This document shows, piece by piece, positions 8,448-16,201 of a stretch of 31,006 nt of DNA. Below the pieces are notes generated by a model. That model saw nothing but the letters and a program-made list of their open reading frames with translations. It searched no databases and was not told the DNA's origin. Positions within the stretch are counted from its first letter, which is position 1, and each line of letters begins with the position of its first letter. The position numbers and the translations under genes were made by a program. The stretch covers positions 1-31,006 of IMG/VR virus record IMGVR_UViG_3300012953_000123; one strand, written 5' to 3'. Source of the stretch: a virus. Lineage: Duplodnaviria > Caudoviricetes.

Positions 8448-8606
8448 AACTATTATCGGACAAACTTTGCTCTTATGCAACACCATAAATATAGCTTAAC
8501 AGAACTTGAAAATATGATACCGTGGGAAAGAGAAATATATATTTCACTTCTCCAACAATATATTGAAGAGGAAAATCTAAAGCAGCAACAGAGTGGCGAT
8601 TATTAA
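8418..8606 (+). CDS. gp51: gp51-like baseplate hub assembly protein (absent from the ORF track); probably the frameshift extension of gp26
   Basis: Hand translation of the -1 frame: QLALAHESLENYYRTNFALMQHHKYSLTELENMIPWEREIYISLLQQYIEEENLKQQQSGDY*; first ATG is at 8475, inside the conserved region. Confidence 0.85.
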   Translation, partial: QLALAHESLENYYRTNFALMQHHKYSLTELENMIPWEREIYISLLQQYIEEENLKQQQSGDY

Positions 8607-10692
8607 CTTAAATACACAACAAGCATCTTTAAAGAAAACACTGGTAAAAAGTTCAGTGCTTGCTTCTAGTGCCCCAAAACTTACTGCGTCAAAAATTAAA
8701 GTATCTGATACACCCAAGTCTAAGTTAGGAAAACAACCTTTCTTTAAAGCACCCAAGATACCCAAACCTCTTAAAGTTAAACCAGAGAACTTACTTTCTA
8801 AGTTAAGTAAATGGGATGGTACATTCACAAATAGAATGCATACTATGTCGTTTACTTCTTCTGCTGCTAAGAGAAGAATGGCAGAAGAATCTACATCTCC
8901 TAAAGTAGATAAACCTACATCTGCACCCAAGGCAGATAAACCTATAGTTAAATCTTCACCTAAAGTAGATAAACCTGCATCTAAGCCTACGCAAAGTGCT
9001 GGAGATGATATTGTTAAGATGATAAATGGTCTTCAGAAATCATTTGCATCCTTGAGTTCTAGGGTTGATGTAATAATGAGTGTTATTAGTAGAACATCTA
9101 AAACACAGCAGGATCAGAGTCAACAACTTCAAAACATACAAAATAATCAGATTCAAAGTCAGACTATCCAGAGTCAAGAACTTAAAAACTTACAAAATAG
9201 TCAGATTCAAAGTCAGAAGGAACAGAATGAGAGATTTCTAGGGTTACAAAATAGTCAGATTAAAATTCAAAGAGATAATAGTATAAAAATCCGAAGAATA
9301 CAAAGTAATACTTCTATTCTACGTGATACTCAAGAAACTATAATAAACAATCAGACACAACAGAATGAGACTATTACATCATTAAATGAAACTACTGGTG
9401 AGATAGTAAACAATCAACAGCAAGCACAGGAGGCAGATGGAGATCAGTCTCAAAGTGTAGATCCTGTTGTCATCACAGAGTTACAAGAAAAAACTAATAA
9501 TATAATACAAAGTCAATCAGAGATAAAAGATTCATTAGAAGAAACAACTACTATTCTTAATGATATAGGAAATGCAATGTCATTAGACTTTGCTGACCGT
9601 ATCCAGAAAGAAAGAAAGATACTACAAAAAGAAAGAAAGAAAAAATTAGTCAATAAAAGAAAAGAAGCAGAAAAAAGTGTAGAAACTCCTAAGGATCTGG
9701 AAAAGAAGGGCAATCCTGTAGTTGATAAAATTAAAAAACCTATTCTGAGTTTAATGGATAGGATAAAGTCCATGCTGACATTTCTTATTCTTGGATTTAT
9801 ATCAGCTCCAGCTATAAAATGGTTGAGAAATAATGTAGGGGCAATCGATAGTTTCTTTGATTTCTTCAAACGACACTGGATGACGATCTTAGGGTTTGGA
9901 TTTGGAACGTATATTGCTGAAACTGCAAAAAACTTAGCAAGGGGTTGGAAGAACTTAGGTAAAAATAACTGGCTTAGAAAAGGTCTAAGAGGTGCACGTA
10001 ACAAAATATTTGGTCCTAAAGTTACTAAGACAGGTGTAAGAAAACTACCTGGTAATGTTACGGATGCAGCATTTGATATTAAACCAAAAACCGTATCACA
10101 GTTTACTAGACAGAAGAGTGGTGTTGGAAAACTTCTACAAAGAAGCAACATAGCTGCTAAGAAACTACGGAAACTACCAATTGGTAGGGGTGCTGGAGGA
10201 GCATTAAGTGTTCTTTTTGCTGGTATGGAATTTAAAGGTAGAAAAGATGAAGGACAAACTACAGGAAAAGCATTACTAGGTACTGCAGGATCCACACTTG
10301 GTGGAATGGCAGGTGCCTCTAAAGGTGCTGCTATTGGTGCTGCTATTGGTAGTGTTATTCCAGGTGCAGGAACAGCTATAGGAGCAGTTCTTGGTGGTTT
10401 GATTGGTGGTGTTGGTGGTGCCATGCTTGGTGGTAAAGCAGCAGATACTGTATCAGATGCAGTAGGGTTGGGTGGTGATACTAGATTAAATAAGAAGGTA
10501 AATAAAACTGGTAAACTGGAAGAGAGTGATAAATCAGCTGTTATTATTAATAATGCTATTAAGAATAATGATGCTTCAAAAGTTACACCATTTGAGACAC
10601 CTGTAGGAGGAAGTTCATTGCCTATGGTTTCTCCTGATGATGCATCAAATCCATATGTGGCAAAGATGGCACAAGAGTTGGGGATATTTTAA
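8593..10692 (+). CDS. Tape-measure-like / baseplate hub protein (gp29-like)
   Basis: GTG start; long Q/E/K coiled coil, hydrophobic segment (MLTFLILGFISAP), C-terminal glycine zipper (GAAIGAAIGSVIPGAGTAIGAVLGGLIGG); follows the chaperone genes. Confidence 0.65.
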   Translation: MAIINLNTQQASLKKTLVKSSVLASSAPKLTASKIKVSDTPKSKLGKQPFFKAPKIPKPLKVKPENLLSKLSKWDGTFTNRMHTMSFTSSAAKRRMAEESTSPKVDKPTSAPKADKPIVKSSPKVDKPASKPTQSAGDDIVKMINGLQKSFASLSSRVDVIMSVISRTSKTQQDQSQQLQNIQNNQIQSQTIQSQELKNLQNSQIQSQKEQNERFLGLQNSQIKIQRDNSIKIRRIQSNTSILRDTQETIINNQTQQNETITSLNETTGEIVNNQQQAQEADGDQSQSVDPVVITELQEKTNNIIQSQSEIKDSLEETTTILNDIGNAMSLDFADRIQKERKILQKERKKKLVNKRKEAEKSVETPKDLEKKGNPVVDKIKKPILSLMDRIKSMLTFLILGFISAPAIKWLRNNVGAIDSFFDFFKRHWMTILGFGFGTYIAETAKNLARGWKNLGKNNWLRKGLRGARNKIFGPKVTKTGVRKLPGNVTDAAFDIKPKTVSQFTRQKSGVGKLLQRSNIAAKKLRKLPIGRGAGGALSVLFAGMEFKGRKDEGQTTGKALLGTAGSTLGGMAGASKGAAIGAAIGSVIPGAGTAIGAVLGGLIGGVGGAMLGGKAADTVSDAVGLGGDTRLNKKVNKTGKLEESDKSAVIINNAIKNNDASKVTPFETPVGGSSLPMVSPDDASNPYVAKMAQELGIF
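8899..8982 (+). repeat. Intragenic direct repeat encoding PKVDKP x3
   Basis: CCTAAAGTAGATAAACCT(A/G)CATCT at 8899 and 8959, with a degenerate copy CCCAAGGCAGATAAACCT at 8926. Confidence 0.85.
9115..9276 (+). repeat. Three tandem 54-nt (18-aa) repeats
   Basis: TACAAAATA(A/G)TCAGATT at 9137, 9191 and 9245; QSQQLQNIQNNQIQSQTI / QSQELKNLQNSQIQSQKE / QNERFLGLQNSQIKIQRD. Confidence 0.85.
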
Positions 10693-11745
10693 ATGCCAGC
10701 ATTTTTAGCGGGATTGGCAAAAGTAGCAGTAAAAGGTGCTGTAAAGGCAGGTGTAAAGGGTACTATTAAAGGTACTGCAAAAAAGGTTGTAAAGAAAAAA
10801 CTAAGTGCTAAAAATATTAAAAGTAATTTACTCAAGAAAAAAGATCAGTTAAAGAAAATTCAGATAGAGAGAGAAAAACAAGAATCAAGAGAGACTGTTG
10901 GTGAATCAAAGTTTGCTAAAGAGGATAGTGGAAAGGGTGCTGGTAATGTATTAGGAATGGGGAATTTTGGATTTATAGGGAAGATTATCAATGTAATATT
11001 GACACTTATTGTTAGTGTGGTAATAAAAAAACTAATTGAATTTAGAGAAGCTATTGGTAAAGTAATCAGTTTTATTAAACCCATTTGGGATATGGTAACG
11101 TTTAACTTGCAGATGATGGCCAAAGGTATAAAGTTTATATTTCAGGCAGCAGGTGCGATATTTGGTTTGAGTAGTAAGAATAAAGAGTTAAAAGATGCCA
11201 AAGAGTCTATGGAAATGACTAATAAGGGTATTAATAAGGAACTTCAAAAGCAAGAATATAGTGGGGAAAAGGATAAGGATGAAGAACAAGAAGATAAGAA
11301 AGATGATTCTAAAAAGGATGATATAATAGGTAAGGCATTGAAAGAATCTTCAGATTTTATTGAGTCGGAGGCTACTATTAATCAAGTTGATGATAAACAA
11401 AATCCAGATAAGACAACAAATCTGTCATGGGTAATGAATAAGGTAAATAAAGTAGTAAAGGGTAAATCAGATAAAGCAACAAGTAAACTTAAAGGTCAGA
11501 GTTCACAAATTACAAAATCATCAGATTTTACTCCAGATAAAATAGCTCAAATCAAAAATAAAAAACCTGTTACTAATGGGTTAGGCCCTACTCAAAAAAT
11601 GAAGAATAAAGGAAAGATAATTATTCAACCTATAGAAAAAGTAGTTCATGCTGGTGGTGGGTCGGGTTCATCTGGTGGACGTGGATCAAGTAATGTTCAA
11701 TCACCTGTTCCATCATCATCAGGTAGTTCAATGAGGATACCATAA
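10693..11745 (+). CDS. Hypothetical tail-associated protein with a hydrophobic segment (companion of the tape-measure-like protein)
   Basis: 350 aa; Lys-rich amphipathic N-terminus, hydrophobic GKIINVILTLIVSVVI, low-complexity C-terminus; abuts both neighbours. Confidence 0.7.
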   Translation: MPAFLAGLAKVAVKGAVKAGVKGTIKGTAKKVVKKKLSAKNIKSNLLKKKDQLKKIQIEREKQESRETVGESKFAKEDSGKGAGNVLGMGNFGFIGKIINVILTLIVSVVIKKLIEFREAIGKVISFIKPIWDMVTFNLQMMAKGIKFIFQAAGAIFGLSSKNKELKDAKESMEMTNKGINKELQKQEYSGEKDKDEEQEDKKDDSKKDDIIGKALKESSDFIESEATINQVDDKQNPDKTTNLSWVMNKVNKVVKGKSDKATSKLKGQSSQITKSSDFTPDKIAQIKNKKPVTNGLGPTQKMKNKGKIIIQPIEKVVHAGGGSGSSGGRGSSNVQSPVPSSSGSSMRIP

Positions 11746-13127
11746 TGCAAATACAAGGATCTCAATACGAAAAGTTTAAAATAATCTCTGCTAATGGTAG
11801 GAATAGTGTAGAACTTGGGGATGCTGAGTATAAAGAATTTGGAGCTCCTTTTAGGATTATTAATATATTCTTCTATGAAAATATTCTATCTCCTCATATT
11901 ACAGGAGTAATAACCATTCAAAGTACTATTGATGCTGCTGCAGATCAGAGTGATACTCAAGAAAGAAGAGGTTCTTTACATAGTGCTCTTCCTCTTGAGG
12001 TAGGATGTAGGATATTGCTTAAGATAAAAGATGTTTTAGGTAAAGGAATAGACTTTGCTGATCACAGGGATAAATTTAAACAACTATATGTTGATGAAGT
12101 TAAAATCATAAGCAAAACTTCATCAAGGGAAACGGTTCAACTTAGGGTCATATCGAAGATAGGTTGGACTAATAATACGAAGAGAGTTACTGCCTCTTAT
12201 AAAAATCGTATTTCTGAATCAGTAAAAAGGATTATTAACAGGGAATTGAAAATGCCTTCACGTATGATAGATGTTGATACTTCAAGCAACTCTTATTCTT
12301 TTGCAGGAATGACGAAGAGACCATTTGATCTTATTGCTATGTTGGCAAAACAAACTATACCTAAAAATACTGCTAATCCTGGTTATTTTGCGTTTGAAAC
12401 TAGAAGTGGATTCCATTTCATTTCAGCAGATTCGCTGGTCAATAAAAAACCTTACAAGAAAAAATATTGGTATAGTGGAGGAGGAAAGACTGACCTTAAT
12501 GATGGGGATTCTGATTATCAAATAGCAACCTTAGTAACACAGCAAGATCAAAATCTTTCATCTCAAATTAGATCTGGTGTATATGCTAATAAAACAATAT
12601 TCTTTAATCCAGCATCTTATCAGTTTACTGAGATTGATATTACAACTGAAGGTGGTAAACTATTTAAAGATCCTAAGTTCTCTACTCTAGGAAAAACTCC
12701 AGAAACTCCTAATATTTTGGTTGATGATATGAATGAAGGTGCTAAGTTCCATAGAGTTCAAACTGCTGTATTGAATATTGGTGCTGAAAAAGAAAATATT
12801 GATGTAAATAATAGTCCTGAATTATACTATGCTGCAGGGTCTACTAGATACAATATACTATTTTCACAACGACATACTATCACGATTCCTTGTAATACTG
12901 ATTTGGAGGCAGGAGATACTTTAAACTTAGAAATTGAAAAGGTTTCTGATAACAAAGAACAAGGCCCTGATCAAAAATCAAGTGGTAACTATATTATTCA
13001 ATCATTATGTCATTACTTTGAACCAGAGAAATCAGTTACTGCTATAAATTTAATAAGAGATTCTTATGGAATGCATTTTTCAAAAAACCTTACACCTCCT
13101 AAAGGTTCAGGTGGCAACTTCTTATAG
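11745..13127 (+). CDS. Baseplate hub protein (gp27-like)
   Basis: FYENILSPHITG, RPFD, GYFAFETRSGFHFISADSL, IPCNTDLEAGD, SGNYIIQSLCHYF, LIRDSYG; directly upstream of gp5. Confidence 0.72.
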   Translation: MQIQGSQYEKFKIISANGRNSVELGDAEYKEFGAPFRIINIFFYENILSPHITGVITIQSTIDAAADQSDTQERRGSLHSALPLEVGCRILLKIKDVLGKGIDFADHRDKFKQLYVDEVKIISKTSSRETVQLRVISKIGWTNNTKRVTASYKNRISESVKRIINRELKMPSRMIDVDTSSNSYSFAGMTKRPFDLIAMLAKQTIPKNTANPGYFAFETRSGFHFISADSLVNKKPYKKKYWYSGGGKTDLNDGDSDYQIATLVTQQDQNLSSQIRSGVYANKTIFFNPASYQFTEIDITTEGGKLFKDPKFSTLGKTPETPNILVDDMNEGAKFHRVQTAVLNIGAEKENIDVNNSPELYYAAGSTRYNILFSQRHTITIPCNTDLEAGDTLNLEIEKVSDNKEQGPDQKSSGNYIIQSLCHYFEPEKSVTAINLIRDSYGMHFSKNLTPPKGSGGNFL

Positions 13128-13135
13128 GAGGTAAT

Positions 13136-13780
13136 ATGGCAAATTTAAATGATATGGATTATTATGGGTTAGGTACCCACGAATGGATCGGTATGGTTTT
13201 ACCATATGATTCTCAAAAAGAACAAGTTGATGGTAATGCTGGATTTGGTTATAGATTTAAGGTTGCTATAATGGGTAATCACCCTAATAATCAAACTATT
13301 AAAGATAAAGATATTGTATATTCTCTTGTAAGACTTGGTGTTACTGATGGTAGTGGAGCAGGTAGTAGAAAGAAAACACCAGCAATATCTCAAGGCGATG
13401 TTGTTACAGGTAAGTTTTTAGATGGAGATAGAAAACAAAATCCTATGATTACTGGTGTTCTGGGAAGAACACAGGGAATCAAATATGGTTCAATGAGATT
13501 TGATTCAAAGACTGGATTTGTTGGTTCCACTAAAGCAGGAACACTCTTAGGAAGACAGGAATTTACTGAACAAGTTCCTGTATGTACTCCAAAAGCAAAA
13601 TCTGGCAATGCGAAACCTAAAAGAAAATCACCACTAGCAGCAATGAAAAGGGCAGGATTACCTACAGGAATAGCAAAATTAAATGCTTTTGTTCAACCAC
13701 TTGTAGATAATATCCAAACAGAGATTGGTGATGCTATAGCAGAAAATGTTGCTCAGGAAGCTGAGTTTAATAGGTTCTAA
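13136..13780 (+). CDS. gp5: gp5 N-terminal OB-fold module (hub/spike)
   Basis: WIGMV...GYRFKVAIMGNHP...GSGAG...QGDVVTGKFLDGDRKQNPMITGVLG; GGAGG ribosome-binding site. Confidence 0.8.
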   Translation: MANLNDMDYYGLGTHEWIGMVLPYDSQKEQVDGNAGFGYRFKVAIMGNHPNNQTIKDKDIVYSLVRLGVTDGSGAGSRKKTPAISQGDVVTGKFLDGDRKQNPMITGVLGRTQGIKYGSMRFDSKTGFVGSTKAGTLLGRQEFTEQVPVCTPKAKSGNAKPKRKSPLAAMKRAGLPTGIAKLNAFVQPLVDNIQTEIGDAIAENVAQEAEFNRF

Positions 13781-13786
13781 TAAATA
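13779..13786 (+). promoter_or_regulatory. Putative late promoter (AATAAATA)
   Basis: Overlaps the gp5-N stop, 5 nt before the ATG at 13792. Confidence 0.45.
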
Positions 13787-13791
13787 TTACT

Positions 13792-15660
13792 ATGACAGAT
13801 TCCAATATACAAAAAGCAGCATCAAGAAAAGCAGTATTTGATAAAGCATATGCTGATTTGGAAAATAAGTATGGTGCCAATATTCCTACTTCAGAATATA
13901 ATAAGGTGTGGAATTCCACTGTGGGAATAGCAAAGCAGTTTAGTACTCTTAAAACACCTGCTCCTGCTCAACTTGATACTCTTCAAAAACAATACTTTAC
14001 TCAACTTATAGAAGCAAATCCTGTAAATGATAAACTAAAAGGTATTATTAAAGAAGCAAAGGATTTATTTCCAGAAGTTTTAGGTAAGATACTTCCTAAA
14101 AAATATGATACTCTTACATCTCCACAAAAGGAGAAAAGGAATCAGTTTATTAGGGCAGCAGATGAATGTATAAGACCTGATAGTGGTGTTACAGGAAACA
14201 CTGTGATTCAAGGAGATCCCTCTAAAAATACTTCTTTTGAACAAGTACAAGCGAGTCTTGGCAACTTCTTTAATAAAGTAACTTTACCTGGTGCAACATC
14301 TTTAAATATGCCTGAAGAGATTAGACAAGTTTCTTCACAGATTAGTAATAGTATGGGTTCTGTAGTCAATAAGATGACTTCTGACGTAAATGCATCAATG
14401 TCATCAAAAATAGCAGGTGGTTATTCAAAGATAAAGAATGCAGAGTTTGCTAAAATATCTCCTTCTTATCCTAAGTCATTAGCTATTAAAATGACTATTG
14501 CTCAACAACTTCCTCTTGCAACCAGTGCTAGTAATCTGTTTAATAAAGTTACTTGTGGAGGAGTGGATATTCAAAAAGCAATGAAAGATTCAGTTATTGA
14601 TTTATTAACTGCAGCAGCTCAAAATGTAACAAATCCAACTTCATGTGTTACTGAAGAAATAATGGGTGCTATTATGAATGATGTAACTACTAAACTTGAT
14701 AATGTGATTGGTCCAGAATTAGCACCTATAGCAGATCAACTTGGGTTTTCTTTTAATCCAGTAGATTTCTTTGCTAGTGGTATTGATGTGGTGAACAGAG
14801 TTAAAGATACTTTCAACTGTGAAGAGACACCACCTTTCACACCAAGTAATAAGTACATATCAGGTAAAGGACAGACACAAGGTACTAGTGTTGCTCAAGC
14901 AACAGCAAGTTTTGCTAAAATGTTTCAAGGTGTGGGTATTGCTCAAGCAGCAAGTCAGTCCTTTGGATTAACAGACTTTGAAAAAAAGTATGGTCAATGG
15001 GATGTTTTTGGATCTCCTTCAAGTGGATCATCATCAGCACTTTCACCATGTGATAATGAATGTAGTGGACCTAGTGTATCTATTCTAGGTGGTGGAGGAA
15101 CTGGAGCTAAAGGTAAACTTATTTTTACTGAGTTTATTAATAAAATAGATACAAACGATATTTGGGGTGCTGTAAGAAGAACCGCAAGTATTGCAGGAGT
15201 AGAGATTACTGATCCTGGTAGTGGATATACAAGTCCACCTGTTATATCCATTGATGATGATTGTAATGAAGGTTATGGTGCTTTTGCTGGAGCAACTATT
15301 GATAATAACCAGAACTCTCCTACCTATGGTCAAGTAACTAGTGCCACTATGATTACTAGTGGTGAAAACTATTCTGCTGATGGTGAAGATGTTCCATTAT
15401 ACATCTCAGGTGTTGTTATTGTTGATGAAGGTAGTTCTTATCAAGTAGATGATACATTAGAAGACTTTGAGTTGGAAATCTTAGATGGTAAAATAACTAA
15501 TGTTAGTTTGGTGAATAGAGTAGCATACACTTCATTACCAGAACTAAATATCAATACAAGCACTGGTGTTGGATCTATCTTACGTCCTATTATGTCTTCA
15601 ACAAGACCGCAAGGTGATACTATTCAAGTTATTGATTGTATAGGTAAAATTGATGAGTAA
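13792..15660 (+). CDS. gp5-associated middle module (helical region plus Gly-rich beta domains)
   Basis: GGGGTGAKG, VEITDPGSGYTSPPVISIDDDCNEGYGA, INTSTGVGSILRP, terminal IQVIDC resemble the C-terminal half of cyanophage gp5-annotated proteins. Confidence 0.65.
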   Translation: MTDSNIQKAASRKAVFDKAYADLENKYGANIPTSEYNKVWNSTVGIAKQFSTLKTPAPAQLDTLQKQYFTQLIEANPVNDKLKGIIKEAKDLFPEVLGKILPKKYDTLTSPQKEKRNQFIRAADECIRPDSGVTGNTVIQGDPSKNTSFEQVQASLGNFFNKVTLPGATSLNMPEEIRQVSSQISNSMGSVVNKMTSDVNASMSSKIAGGYSKIKNAEFAKISPSYPKSLAIKMTIAQQLPLATSASNLFNKVTCGGVDIQKAMKDSVIDLLTAAAQNVTNPTSCVTEEIMGAIMNDVTTKLDNVIGPELAPIADQLGFSFNPVDFFASGIDVVNRVKDTFNCEETPPFTPSNKYISGKGQTQGTSVAQATASFAKMFQGVGIAQAASQSFGLTDFEKKYGQWDVFGSPSSGSSSALSPCDNECSGPSVSILGGGGTGAKGKLIFTEFINKIDTNDIWGAVRRTASIAGVEITDPGSGYTSPPVISIDDDCNEGYGAFAGATIDNNQNSPTYGQVTSATMITSGENYSADGEDVPLYISGVVIVDEGSSYQVDDTLEDFELEILDGKITNVSLVNRVAYTSLPELNINTSTGVGSILRPIMSSTRPQGDTIQVIDCIGKIDE

Positions 15661-16201
15661 AAGTAATGATGCGACTAGACAAGAAGTTCTGGGGCCTAAA
15701 CTTTATATTGAGACAGACAATCCTGATAGTGGAACGGCTGGGCCTGAAGCATGGGCCTTAAAGGGTGAAAACTCTTCAAACAAAAAAGTTTTACTTGCTC
15801 ATCATGATGGTGGTCTTACGAGATTTGAAACTGAAGAAACATTTCAAGTTGATGTTGCCAGTAAATCTACTAATGATTCTACTGGGATGCAACTTACCTG
15901 TTGGAAAGGTAAGATTTCTGTAAATGCTGATGGGGATATTGTATTACATTCTAGTAATAGTATTGTTCTAAGTGCTGAGAAAAATATTTCTCTCCATGCC
16001 AATGGCACTGTTGAAGTAGGAACATCCAAAGGAGAAACATCTCAAGTAATTTTACAGGCAAATCAAGTAAATGTAAGTAGTGGAGGAGGTAACTTGGGAA
16101 AACATTTAAAACAAGGGCCATTTTCTGGTGTAGTTGATAGTGTTGATAGTTTGGTAAGTGGTATGGTTGATGGTATTAGAGATTCTTATGGAGTAGGATA
16201 A
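15653..16201 (+). CDS. gp5 C-terminal-like beta-helix spike protein
   Basis: Periodic beta-strand repeats GKISVNADGDIVLHSSNSIVLSAEKNISLHANGTVEV; ATG at 15653 overlaps the upstream gene. Confidence 0.7.
   Translation: MSKSNDATRQEVLGPKLYIETDNPDSGTAGPEAWALKGENSSNKKVLLAHHDGGLTRFETEETFQVDVASKSTNDSTGMQLTCWKGKISVNADGDIVLHSSNSIVLSAEKNISLHANGTVEVGTSKGETSQVILQANQVNVSSGGGNLGKHLKQGPFSGVVDSVDSLVSGMVDGIRDSYGVG

Noticed and set aside
8484-8491. Intragenic CATAAATA boxes (8484, also 2949) as late promoters
   Set aside because: Possible, but explained by codons (His-Lys-Tyr at 8484) and frequent by chance in AT-rich DNA; not supportable without transcription-start data.
9513-10424. 303-aa minus-strand ORF
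   Set aside because: Antisense shadow of the Gly/Ala-rich part of the 699-aa gene (Pro/Ala-rich mirror composition); no motifs or expression signals.
13760-13795. Frameshift or read-through joining gp5-N to the 622-aa ORF
   Set aside because: Tandem TAA TAA in frame 0; the downstream frame is closed by TAG at 13771 and there is no slippery heptamer in the short overlap.
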